In this document: piece after piece, positions 28,582 to 36,594 of the stretch | Layout: the number at the start of each line of letters is the position of its first letter | How positions within the stretch are numbered: position 1 is the first letter of the stretch | Source of the DNA: Candidatus Hydrogenedentota bacterium | Lineage (GTDB): Bacteria; Hydrogenedentota; Hydrogenedentia; Hydrogenedentales; SLHB01 | DNA length: 64,000 nt | NCBI GenBank assembly: GCA_045863335.1 | Contig: BTVY01000012.1 | Location: forward strand, 32,001 to 96,000 | Direction of reading: 5' to 3' | The notes under the pieces: model-generated | Databases searched by the model: none | What the model was told of the DNA's origin: nothing | The model's input: the letters and a program-made list of their open reading frames with translations, nothing else | Program-made: the position numbers and the translations under genes

Positions 28582-31278
28582 ATGATTCGTGTATGTGCCG
28601 TACTGTGGATCGCCGGGCAAGTCGCGCTGGGCGCCGCGGTCGAAGAAGAAGTCGAAGTGCAGGGCAACTATTCCACGTTCCGCATCGCGCCGGGCCCGGG
28701 CGCTGGCGTGGAATGGTTCGGGTCGCCGGTATCCAACGTGAACCACGCGGGCGGCGAAGGGCTGCTGCTGGAAGGATTCGGCGTCGGTAATTTTTACGTG
28801 CCGAACCGCCGGCTTAACGAGAACCTCGAGATCGTGGATACCGCCGGCGGCGAGCCGGTTATTCGCTACAGCTACGAATGCGACGGCCCCAACATCCGCG
28901 GGCTCCACGTGACCCGCACGATGGAGCCTCAACCCGACGAAGCGTCTATTCGCGTAACCTGGAAGGTGGAGAACAAGGGCGACGAAGACCAATGGGTGTC
29001 GCCCTGGGTGCGAAACGAGGTCCGGCCCGGCGGTTCCACCGAAGTGCGGGACCGCATGGAACTGGCCACGTGGGAAGGCATCGTCAACGTCGAGCGGAGC
29101 GGCTATCACGTGGCGTCGCGAAATTGGGTCGCGGCCACCGATCCCGCGTCCAAGGAAACGCTCTACGCGGTGTTCGACGCGGACCAGACTCATTCCTTTC
29201 TAGTGAATCGCGACGAACAGGTCCCCTTCGGGGCCTTCCAGACCGCTTTCGTGCCGCGCCTGATGAAGGTCGGCGACGCGTGGGAGACCACGTACCGCGT
29301 AAATGTTGTGCGCGGACTCACCCATGTGAATTTCGCCACGGATGAGCTGGCGGCGCAGGTGGACTACGAGGCCGGCGAATTGAGTGTGTTGCTGGCGGCG
29401 GTGAAGCCCATGCCGGGGCTCCAGATCGAAACCAGCATTCTCGCGGCCAACGGCAAAGTCTGGCGGTTGCCGGAGAAAAAGTTCGACATCGACCCTAACA
29501 CCGTCATCCGGTGCACCTACGAGTGGCAAGCCCCGGGCAACGGATCCTACGAGTTGCTGGCGCGGGTCACGCGGGGCGGCGAGGCCGTCGCTCTCGGCAG
29601 CGATACGGGATCGCCCCACGGCGGCATCGACACCCAGTTTGTCGTGGGCGATATGGAAGCCGACGATTTCGAACCGTGGACCGATGCGCCGTTCGCGCTC
29701 GAACGGGGATCGCGCACCTTGCCGCGGCAGTTCGCGGTGCCCGGCGACACGGCCATCTGGTTTGAGAGTTCGCTGGAGAAGATCTTCCCGGAAGACGTTC
29801 CGCAGCGGACGGGCGACTACAAGGCCATCGCCAGCCTGTCGCTGGCGGCGAACGAAAGCGAATCATTCCAGGTCGTGCTGCGCCCTCCTGACGGAATGGA
29901 TCTCCGGAATGTGAACTTGCGCGCCGTGGACCTCGTAAACGCCGCCGCGGGTTCGCGCATCGCGTCATCGCAGATCAGCCTGCATACGGTGGCGTACTAT
30001 CCGGTGCGTATTCCGACGCATTTCGAAGGACCCACCGGCGTCTGGCCCGATGCCTTGCCCGAATTGGAGCCATTCACCGCACAAGGCGGCCAATGCAGCC
30101 CGATCTGGATCACCGTCCATGCGCCCGCAGGCACGCCGCCCGGCGCCTATGAAGGGTACCTCGAACTCACGGCAAATGGCCGCGACCCGGTCGAATTGGG
30201 ATTGCGGGTCAACGTGTACAACTTCGAATTGCCGCGCACGCCGCACCTCAAGACAGACTTCGGATTCTGGATCGATGGCGCGGATAGCCTGTGCCGCCGC
30301 ATGGGGTACTCTGGCAGCGCGGAACAGTTGTTGGACGCCTATCTCGAAAACGGATTGCGCCACAAGGTGACGCTGCGCGAATTGGCCCAGTTCCCGTCGG
30401 AGAGCGCGGATTACAAGGCCAGCCTCGCGATGTTCGAACCGAAGATCAGGGAGCTGATCGACGGCGGCGCGAGCACGCTATCGGTGCCGGCGTCGCTGTT
30501 CGAGTTCCCGGAGCAGCTCGCGGTGGCGAACGAGTTTGTAGAAAAGGCGAATCTTCGCGATCGCGTGTTCTGCCAGATCGCGAATGAGCCGGAACGCCCG
30601 GCTTGGCCGAGGCTGTTCGAAACCATGACGCAATGGCGGGAGATCGCGCCCAACATCCCGCTTATGCTGACGACCTACGGCTCGCAGCCCTTCTTCCACG
30701 AAGCGGCGGACGTCTGGGCCATCCACTCCCCCATCATGGATACGGTGAACAACAAGACCATCCTGGATCGGATCGCCGCCGGCAACGCCGTGTGGTGGTA
30801 CGTGAACCATACGCCGCCACGGCCCTACGCCAATTTCTTCATCGACTTCGCCGCCATGGAACACCGCGTGTTCTTCTGGCAGACCTGGGCCCTGGGCATG
30901 AAGGGCGTTCACTACTGGAACGCGAACTACAGCGAGCCCGGCGTGAATCCGTGGGTCAACCAGCTCGACATCACGCCCACCAACGGCGACGGATTCCTCC
31001 TCTATCCCGGACCGAAGGGCCCGGTTAGTTCGATTCGCTGGGAAGTCATCCGCGACGGGATCGAGGACTACGACTACCTCGTGCTATTTCGCGAACGCAT
31101 GAAGCAGCTCGAAGAAAAAGGCGGACACGCCGCCCTCCTGGAACAAGCCGCGGAAGTCTACAACCTGAAGGAACTCGTCCCCGACCTCGTCACCTTCACC
31201 CGCGACCCCAACGTCCTCATCAGCAAACGGGAAGCCCTGGCAAAGATGATCGTGGCCATGGACGAAGCCCTGCGGTGA
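28582..31278 (+). CDS. Secreted DUF4091/GH123-like glycoside hydrolase domain protein
   Basis: NESESFQ, WPDAL, PIWITV, WWY, GDGFLLYP and SIRWEVIRDGIEDYDY motifs. Confidence 0.85.
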   Translation: MIRVCAVLWIAGQVALGAAVEEEVEVQGNYSTFRIAPGPGAGVEWFGSPVSNVNHAGGEGLLLEGFGVGNFYVPNRRLNENLEIVDTAGGEPVIRYSYECDGPNIRGLHVTRTMEPQPDEASIRVTWKVENKGDEDQWVSPWVRNEVRPGGSTEVRDRMELATWEGIVNVERSGYHVASRNWVAATDPASKETLYAVFDADQTHSFLVNRDEQVPFGAFQTAFVPRLMKVGDAWETTYRVNVVRGLTHVNFATDELAAQVDYEAGELSVLLAAVKPMPGLQIETSILAANGKVWRLPEKKFDIDPNTVIRCTYEWQAPGNGSYELLARVTRGGEAVALGSDTGSPHGGIDTQFVVGDMEADDFEPWTDAPFALERGSRTLPRQFAVPGDTAIWFESSLEKIFPEDVPQRTGDYKAIASLSLAANESESFQVVLRPPDGMDLRNVNLRAVDLVNAAAGSRIASSQISLHTVAYYPVRIPTHFEGPTGVWPDALPELEPFTAQGGQCSPIWITVHAPAGTPPGAYEGYLELTANGRDPVELGLRVNVYNFELPRTPHLKTDFGFWIDGADSLCRRMGYSGSAEQLLDAYLENGLRHKVTLRELAQFPSESADYKASLAMFEPKIRELIDGGASTLSVPASLFEFPEQLAVANEFVEKANLRDRVFCQIANEPERPAWPRLFETMTQWREIAPNIPLMLTTYGSQPFFHEAADVWAIHSPIMDTVNNKTILDRIAAGNAVWWYVNHTPPRPYANFFIDFAAMEHRVFFWQTWALGMKGVHYWNANYSEPGVNPWVNQLDITPTNGDGFLLYPGPKGPVSSIRWEVIRDGIEDYDYLVLFRERMKQLEEKGGHAALLEQAAEVYNLKELVPDLVTFTRDPNVLISKREALAKMIVAMDEALR

Positions 31279-31283
31279 AAAAT

Positions 31284-31359
31284 AGGGACAGGCACCATTT
31301 TCCTTCTCTGCGATCGAACATTTTCTCAGCGACCGAGTAGGAAAATGGTGCCTGTCCCT
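31284..31359. repeat. Perfect 21-bp inverted repeat
   Basis: agggacaggcaccattttcct ... aggaaaatggtgcctgtccct. Confidence 0.9.
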
Positions 31360-31426
31360 TTCTGTCCCGTTACCTGCGATCTTGACGTCCTCATCAGCAA
31401 ACAGCAAGCCCTAAAGATCGTTGCAC

Positions 31427-31568
31427 GTAGGAGGGCGGGTTTTCTTACCCGCCGCATTCGCAAGAAAGCACGAGGATCGGCTCTCAACGCGATCGCAATG
31501 CAAGAATCGGGAATTTGGCTTCGAGGGGCAAGCCTCAGCGCGGCGGGTAGGAAAACCCGCCCTCCTAT
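31427..31568. repeat. GTAG-type REP doublet, second family
   Basis: gtaggagggcgggttttcttacccgccgc ... gcggcgggtaggaaaacccgccctcctat. Confidence 0.85.
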
Positions 31569-32729
31569 TTATGCAGGCGTGATCCGCCCGAGCACGACGG
31601 GCTCTTGCGCGCCGGTGGCGTGGGGGACGTTGGAGGCTTTTCCGCAGAAGAGTTCGTTGCCGAGGATGGCGGCGCTGACGGCGTCGATGGCGTCGTGGGG
31701 CAGGCCGTACTCGTCGCTGGTGCGCACGGTGACGTCGCCCAGGCCGCTTTTGACCCGTTGCACGAGGGCCTTGTTGTTCACGCCGCCGCCGCTGAGGATG
31801 AGGCGGGAGATCTTGTACTGGGGTTTCACGAAGCGGTTGTAGGCGCGGACGATGCAGTAGCTGACCGCCGAGGTCACTGTGGCGACGAGGTCTTCCATGG
31901 AGTGATCTTTGCGCCCGGCGAGCGCGTCGCGCAGGTAGACTTCAGGGCCAAACTCGTCGCGCCCGGTGGTCTTCGGGGGAACTTTCGCGAAGTAAGGGTG
32001 GTCGAGCAGGAACTCGAGGAACTCGTCGATCACCACGCCTTTGGCGGCGGCTTCGCCATCATCGTCGATTTCCTGGTTGCCGCTGGTGATATGCCGAATG
32101 GCGCCGTCGATGACGATGGTGCCCGGGCCCGCGTCGAACGCGACCAGTTCGTCGAAGCTCGGCGGGATGACGGAGAGTGTGCTGATGCCGCCGAGGTGGA
32201 GGCGCGCCATGATGCGGTCCTCGCGGGCGAACAACACGAAATCGGAATAGGTGGAGATAGGACCGCCCTGTCCGCCGGCCGCCATGTCACGGGCGCGGAA
32301 ATCCGAGGCTACGGGCAAACCGGTTCGTTCCGCAATAACGGCCGACTCGCCGACCTGAAAGGTGCCGGTGGCCTGGTCATACCCACGGGGCGGATAGTGG
32401 GCCACGGTAAATCCGGTGGAAGCGACGAAATCGACCTCGCACATCTCGGACTGCGCGAGGCGGACCATTTCCTGGGCGGCGTCCGCGAGGAACTCGCCGA
32501 GTTCGAAGTTGAGCAGGCAGACTTCGCGCACGTCCTTCTTGGCCACGATCAGGCGCGTGCGCAAACCCGAGGAATAGGGGAAATGGCGCGTCTTCATGAG
32601 CTTCATGTGGAGGCCCGGTCCGCTCCCCTTGATGCGGACCAGTGCGGCGTCTACCCCGCGGGCAGAACTGCCGCAGGTCAAACCTATGGCGAATCGCGTC
32701 GCCTTCTTGGAGATTGCCTGGAAAAGCAT
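31569..32729 (-). CDS. anmK: Anhydro-N-acetylmuramic acid kinase-like protein (divergent)
   Basis: DFRARDMAAGGQG, FDAGPG, PPKTTGR and SGGG..N; several canonical motifs altered. Confidence 0.8.
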   Translation of the reverse strand: MLFQAISKKATRFAIGLTCGSSARGVDAALVRIKGSGPGLHMKLMKTRHFPYSSGLRTRLIVAKKDVREVCLLNFELGEFLADAAQEMVRLAQSEMCEVDFVASTGFTVAHYPPRGYDQATGTFQVGESAVIAERTGLPVASDFRARDMAAGGQGGPISTYSDFVLFAREDRIMARLHLGGISTLSVIPPSFDELVAFDAGPGTIVIDGAIRHITSGNQEIDDDGEAAAKGVVIDEFLEFLLDHPYFAKVPPKTTGRDEFGPEVYLRDALAGRKDHSMEDLVATVTSAVSYCIVRAYNRFVKPQYKISRLILSGGGVNNKALVQRVKSGLGDVTVRTSDEYGLPHDAIDAVSAAILGNELFCGKASNVPHATGAQEPVVLGRITPA

Positions 32730-32762
32730 CGTCTACCTTTACTTACGTCCGCGGGCCGGCAC

Positions 32763-34415
32763 TCACTTCACGGTTTCCAACAGTGCATTGCCAAAGTAGT
32801 GGAGCAGAATGTCCCCGTACCCCGCACCGGCAAGCGCCATGCCCCGCGCGCCATGCTGACACAATCCTACCCCATGGCCACGTCCGCCGCCAACAAAGGT
32901 GAACGCGGTTGATCCGTCAGCCCTTATTAATACCATGGCGCTGGGCAAACCGCCAAACGCTTGGCGGATAGGGAGTTCCTTGCGAATGGTCACACTGCCG
33001 GAGGAGCCGGTGACGGTGACGGACTTGAGCCGGCCACTCACGCCCCGCTCGCCGGGGGTGATGGAGCGCACCGTGCCGACCTTGTAGCGCTGGTTAACGA
33101 GCCGCGTCACCTCGGCCACGGTGAGCCGCCGGGACCAGCGGAACCCCGCGTCGCCGCTGCAGTAGGCGTTCGGCTGTTGTTGCAGCCATTTCCCCAGATT
33201 GGCGGACGGCGTGGAGGTTGGAACCGTTCCCTTCGGAAAGTCAGCCGCGCCGCGCAGGCTCATGTCCGGTGGCGAAGACCAGACGGCATCGTTGTCCTCA
33301 GACCAACCGCCGCAGTTGGAGCTGAACACGGCCGGGATGGTGCGGACGCCATCCGTCAGGACTTGGCCGCGTGTCGCGACGACGGCGGCATCGGTGGCGG
33401 GGTGCCGGCCGCTGAATCCGCCGTAGACCCGGTCGCCCTCGCTGTTCGTGAAATTAAACCCGTTAAGAATATGCTTGAGCGCGAGGTGCCCCAGGACGTC
33501 GCTTCGAGCAGCGATGGCCTGGGCTTTCAACGCTTCGGACGGCCACAGGGCGGGCATTTCCGCGGGTAGCACCCCGGCGAGGTAGTCTTCCACCGGGAGC
33601 GTTTCGAAGACGCTCAACGCGGAATCGGACTCGACCGCCAGGCTGATTTCTCCGGTGTAAGACGCACCGGACCGGTCGCCGGGGTGGCTGACGCGAATCG
33701 GGGCCGTCGAGGTCAACCGGAAGGGTACGGGCCAATTCATGGTGTGGCCATCGGGTGATTTGGCCGTGACGGTTCCGCTGCCCGGCAGAATGGTCTCGGG
33801 CCGGACCCAGGACCACTGGTTGTCCTGTTCCAGTTCCTTCTTGAAGGCGTTGGCCTGGGCTTCGGTTTCAAAACGGTGCAGGGAAATCCAATACTCCCGG
33901 CCGTCGAGGATGTGGCCGGACGCGGTCCGGTAACGCGACCCCATGAGGATGGGTTCCACGGGATAGCCTTGTGCGCGCCATCCCTCCACATAGGCATTCA
34001 TCACGTCCGCTTCATGGGGTTTGAAGGTTTTGACGAAATTGTGGAAATGCTGGCGCGGCGGAGTGGCCTGGGTCAGGGTGAGCGACCACGACGCGCCCGG
34101 GAGATCGAGCGCCCCCCCATCATGTTCGAGGCGTATTGCGCTGGTGCTTTGAATGTCTACCGACCGCGCGCCGTGAAAGAGCCGAATCGTGACAGGCGGA
34201 TTCGCCTCGGTGACAGTGTCCTCGGGTTTCGACTCAGGCGCCGGGGCCGGAGCGGACGCCGGTTGCGGCGCGGGTGCGGGTGCAGGCGCTGCTACAGGCC
34301 ACGGCGCTGGCGGCGGCTCGGGTGAGCGGCAACCGGTCCATGTCGCGCCAATCACTAGAACCAAGAACGCAAGACTCGCACGCCACAAGCCGTGCCCCGT
34401 TAGGGGCGAAATCAC
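32763..34415 (-). CDS. SpoIID/LytB domain lipoprotein (lytic transglycosylase)
   Basis: EDYLAGVLPAEM, EALKAQAIAARS, SSNCGG, GRGHGVGLCQ.GA; lipobox WTGC; Pro/Ala linker. Start position uncertain. Confidence 0.9.
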   Translation of the reverse strand: MISPLTGHGLWRASLAFLVLVIGATWTGCRSPEPPPAPWPVAAPAPAPAPQPASAPAPAPESKPEDTVTEANPPVTIRLFHGARSVDIQSTSAIRLEHDGGALDLPGASWSLTLTQATPPRQHFHNFVKTFKPHEADVMNAYVEGWRAQGYPVEPILMGSRYRTASGHILDGREYWISLHRFETEAQANAFKKELEQDNQWSWVRPETILPGSGTVTAKSPDGHTMNWPVPFRLTSTAPIRVSHPGDRSGASYTGEISLAVESDSALSVFETLPVEDYLAGVLPAEMPALWPSEALKAQAIAARSDVLGHLALKHILNGFNFTNSEGDRVYGGFSGRHPATDAAVVATRGQVLTDGVRTIPAVFSSNCGGWSEDNDAVWSSPPDMSLRGAADFPKGTVPTSTPSANLGKWLQQQPNAYCSGDAGFRWSRRLTVAEVTRLVNQRYKVGTVRSITPGERGVSGRLKSVTVTGSSGSVTIRKELPIRQAFGGLPSAMVLIRADGSTAFTFVGGGRGHGVGLCQHGARGMALAGAGYGDILLHYFGNALLETVK

Positions 34416-34616
34416 GCCGCGGACGTGACCCAGGGCATCGCCCTGGGAACGGGAACGCAAGAAATGAATCGCCCTGAAAGGGCGAAACACGGACCTTGCA
34501 GTGGTCGCGTTCTCCGATTTCGATTGGATGTTGCGCTCCTTCAGAGCTTGAACATGGAGAGTACGTTCGTATCCCAGGGCGTTGCCCTGGGCTATCCTAT
34601 TGTGGCCTTTCAGGCC
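34394..34616. repeat. Composite palindromic (BIME-like) element
   Basis: gccccgttaggggc, cccagggcatcgccctggg, gccctgaaagggc, gctccttcagagc, cccagggcgttgccctggg, ggcctttcaggcc. Confidence 0.8.
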
Positions 34617-34681
34617 AATTTTTGGGATGGTCGGACGAAGCCGGGTTGCATGAACGGCGACGTCGAGTAGGGTTCGAAGAA

Positions 34682-34703
34682 GCAGGCGGGACGCCTGCGC
34701 TAC
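34682..34703 (-). repeat. Single GTAG REP of the 6258 family
   Basis: gcaggcgggacgcctgcgctac. Confidence 0.8.
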
Positions 34704-34731
34704 ATGGCTGGTGACATTGGTGCTCGGGGAG

Positions 34732-36594
34732 TCAATCACGTTCCAATGCGGCACGCAGGTTTCCTTTCGATTCGGTTAGTTGCGCCTCGGCTTGGTCGCG
34801 GGGGACGCCACGGCGTTTCATGAGGACGGCCACGCGTATGTCGTCGCCCGCGACGCGCAACTGGGTGTCCGCCTCGGACTCGGGCAAGCCGGTCAACGCA
34901 GCGACGATGCGCGTGGCGCGTTTGCGCAGTTTCGCGTTCATGGGTTTGACGCCCACCATGTATCCCTCGAAGATGCGACCGGAAAGAGCCATGGCGCCGG
35001 TGGAGATCATGTTGAGCACGAGCTTCGTGGCGGTGCCGGCCTTGAGGCGCGTCGACCCGGGCAGGACTTCCGGCCCGGTGTCCAACGCAATGGTCCAGTC
35101 GGCAATGCTGTGCGCAGAGGGATTGCAGCATAGCAGGCACGTGTATGCGCCGTGCCGCTTCGCTTCCGCGAGGCCCGCGTGCACGTACGGAGTGGTGCCC
35201 GAGGCGGCGATTCCGACGACCACGTCATGCTCGCATAGCTTCGGTTGTAATGCGCCCAGATCGGCGACGGCCGCGGCCTCGTCGTCTTCGACGCCTTCGC
35301 CGCTGGAGCGGAGCGCCGCGTCGCCGCCCGCGATGATGCCGACGACCTGTCCAGGGTCCACTCCGAAGGTGGGCGGGCATTCCGACGCGTCCAGTACACC
35401 AAGCCTTCCGCTCGTTCCCGCGCCAAGGTAGATAAGCCGTCCACCGGCTGCGAACGCGTCAGCAACGCGCTGCACCATATGAGCGATCGGTGCGCGGGCG
35501 GCGCGCGTGGCGTCGACGGCTTCCTGGTCAGCGTCGCACATGCGCGCAACGATGGCGTCGGCGGTGAGGGTGTCGAGGAATCGCTCGTGTTGCGTTGCGG
35601 ATTCCGTTCGGGAGAGGACCACTTCCGTCGCGACGGATCCGGCGCGAGCTTCGGAAACGAACAGCGAGCGACTGGGGTCGGCAATCAGACGCAAACTCGC
35701 CGCGGTTCCATCAAACCGCGTTCGCTCAAACGTAGAAGGCAAAGCAGGGTTGCCATGACAATTCTTAACCATCGACTGAGCACGGTCGACGAGTTCGGGA
35801 AGCGCGTCGACCACGCCCCCGTGAATGTACATAGGGGCAGCATTCGTCAGTCCGGTTTCAAGTGCCGCGTTGGCAGCGAGTGCGAACAATTCGGTTAGGG
35901 CGTCAACGACACATCCCTCCGCCGCGCTATCCGAATCGTGATACAGAGCAATCACCGCCGGTGCCAGCGACGCGACGTCCTGCTTCGTCGCGGAACGCGA
36001 CCAGACGATCAACTCGGAAAAGGTGCGCAGTCCCGCAGCTTCCGGTAGCGCGTCCACCAACTTGGTGGGTCCGCATTGACCGTCTAGGGACGCGGCGGCG
36101 GCGCGCAAGGCGCGGACTGCAATGTCGTAGGCGCTGCCCACGTCGCCGAAAAGCGCGCCACGGCCGCCGAAGATGCGGGGCTGGCCTCCGGCAGTCTTTG
36201 CGATGACGCTGGAGCCCGTGCCCGCAATGACGACCATGCCCTCGCCGTCGCCGATGTTGGCGTGCAGCATGGTGTCCACATCGCTGGCGACCACGGCGCG
36301 TCGCACACCCAGCGACTGGACCAGTCCATTCGCGATGGCATTACGCAGCATCTCATTCCGCGCGCCGGAGATCCCGGCAGCGACTTCGCAGGTTGACGCG
36401 TCCCGCGCACCGAGCAGTTCCCGGCCGAGTTGGATCAGCATGCGAAGTGACTGTGGAACTCCCAACTCAACCGGGTTGGACGGACCGCCCGTTCGTTCTG
36501 CAATCGCGTTGCCTTCCGCGTCATAGAGTGCGGCGCGTGTGGCCGTGCCGCCGCCATCAAACGCAAGGTAGATTGTGTCGTGAGGATCTGTCAT
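34732..36594 (-). CDS. murQ: Fusion of a BadF/BadG-type amino-sugar kinase (MurK/NagK-like) and MurNAc-6-P etherase MurQ
   Basis: N-terminal FDGGGT, IAGTGS; C-terminal GAGTSGRLG.LDASECPPTF, EGVED, SGTTPYV, GSTRLKAGTA. Confidence 0.93.
   Translation of the reverse strand: MTDPHDTIYLAFDGGGTATRAALYDAEGNAIAERTGGPSNPVELGVPQSLRMLIQLGRELLGARDASTCEVAAGISGARNEMLRNAIANGLVQSLGVRRAVVASDVDTMLHANIGDGEGMVVIAGTGSSVIAKTAGGQPRIFGGRGALFGDVGSAYDIAVRALRAAAASLDGQCGPTKLVDALPEAAGLRTFSELIVWSRSATKQDVASLAPAVIALYHDSDSAAEGCVVDALTELFALAANAALETGLTNAAPMYIHGGVVDALPELVDRAQSMVKNCHGNPALPSTFERTRFDGTAASLRLIADPSRSLFVSEARAGSVATEVVLSRTESATQHERFLDTLTADAIVARMCDADQEAVDATRAARAPIAHMVQRVADAFAAGGRLIYLGAGTSGRLGVLDASECPPTFGVDPGQVVGIIAGGDAALRSSGEGVEDDEAAAVADLGALQPKLCEHDVVVGIAASGTTPYVHAGLAEAKRHGAYTCLLCCNPSAHSIADWTIALDTGPEVLPGSTRLKAGTATKLVLNMISTGAMALSGRIFEGYMVGVKPMNAKLRKRATRIVAALTGLPESEADTQLRVAGDDIRVAVLMKRRGVPRDQAEAQLTESKGNLRAALERD

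Noticed and set aside
31198-31424. Diversity-generating retroelement TR/VR pair (also considered for the htpG duplicate)
   Set aside because: Mismatches are not adenine-specific, include indels or synonymous third-position changes, and no reverse transcriptase is present.
34416-34754. N-terminal extension of the SpoIID ORF
   Set aside because: It reads through REP-like repeats; the lipoprotein signal starts only near 34415.
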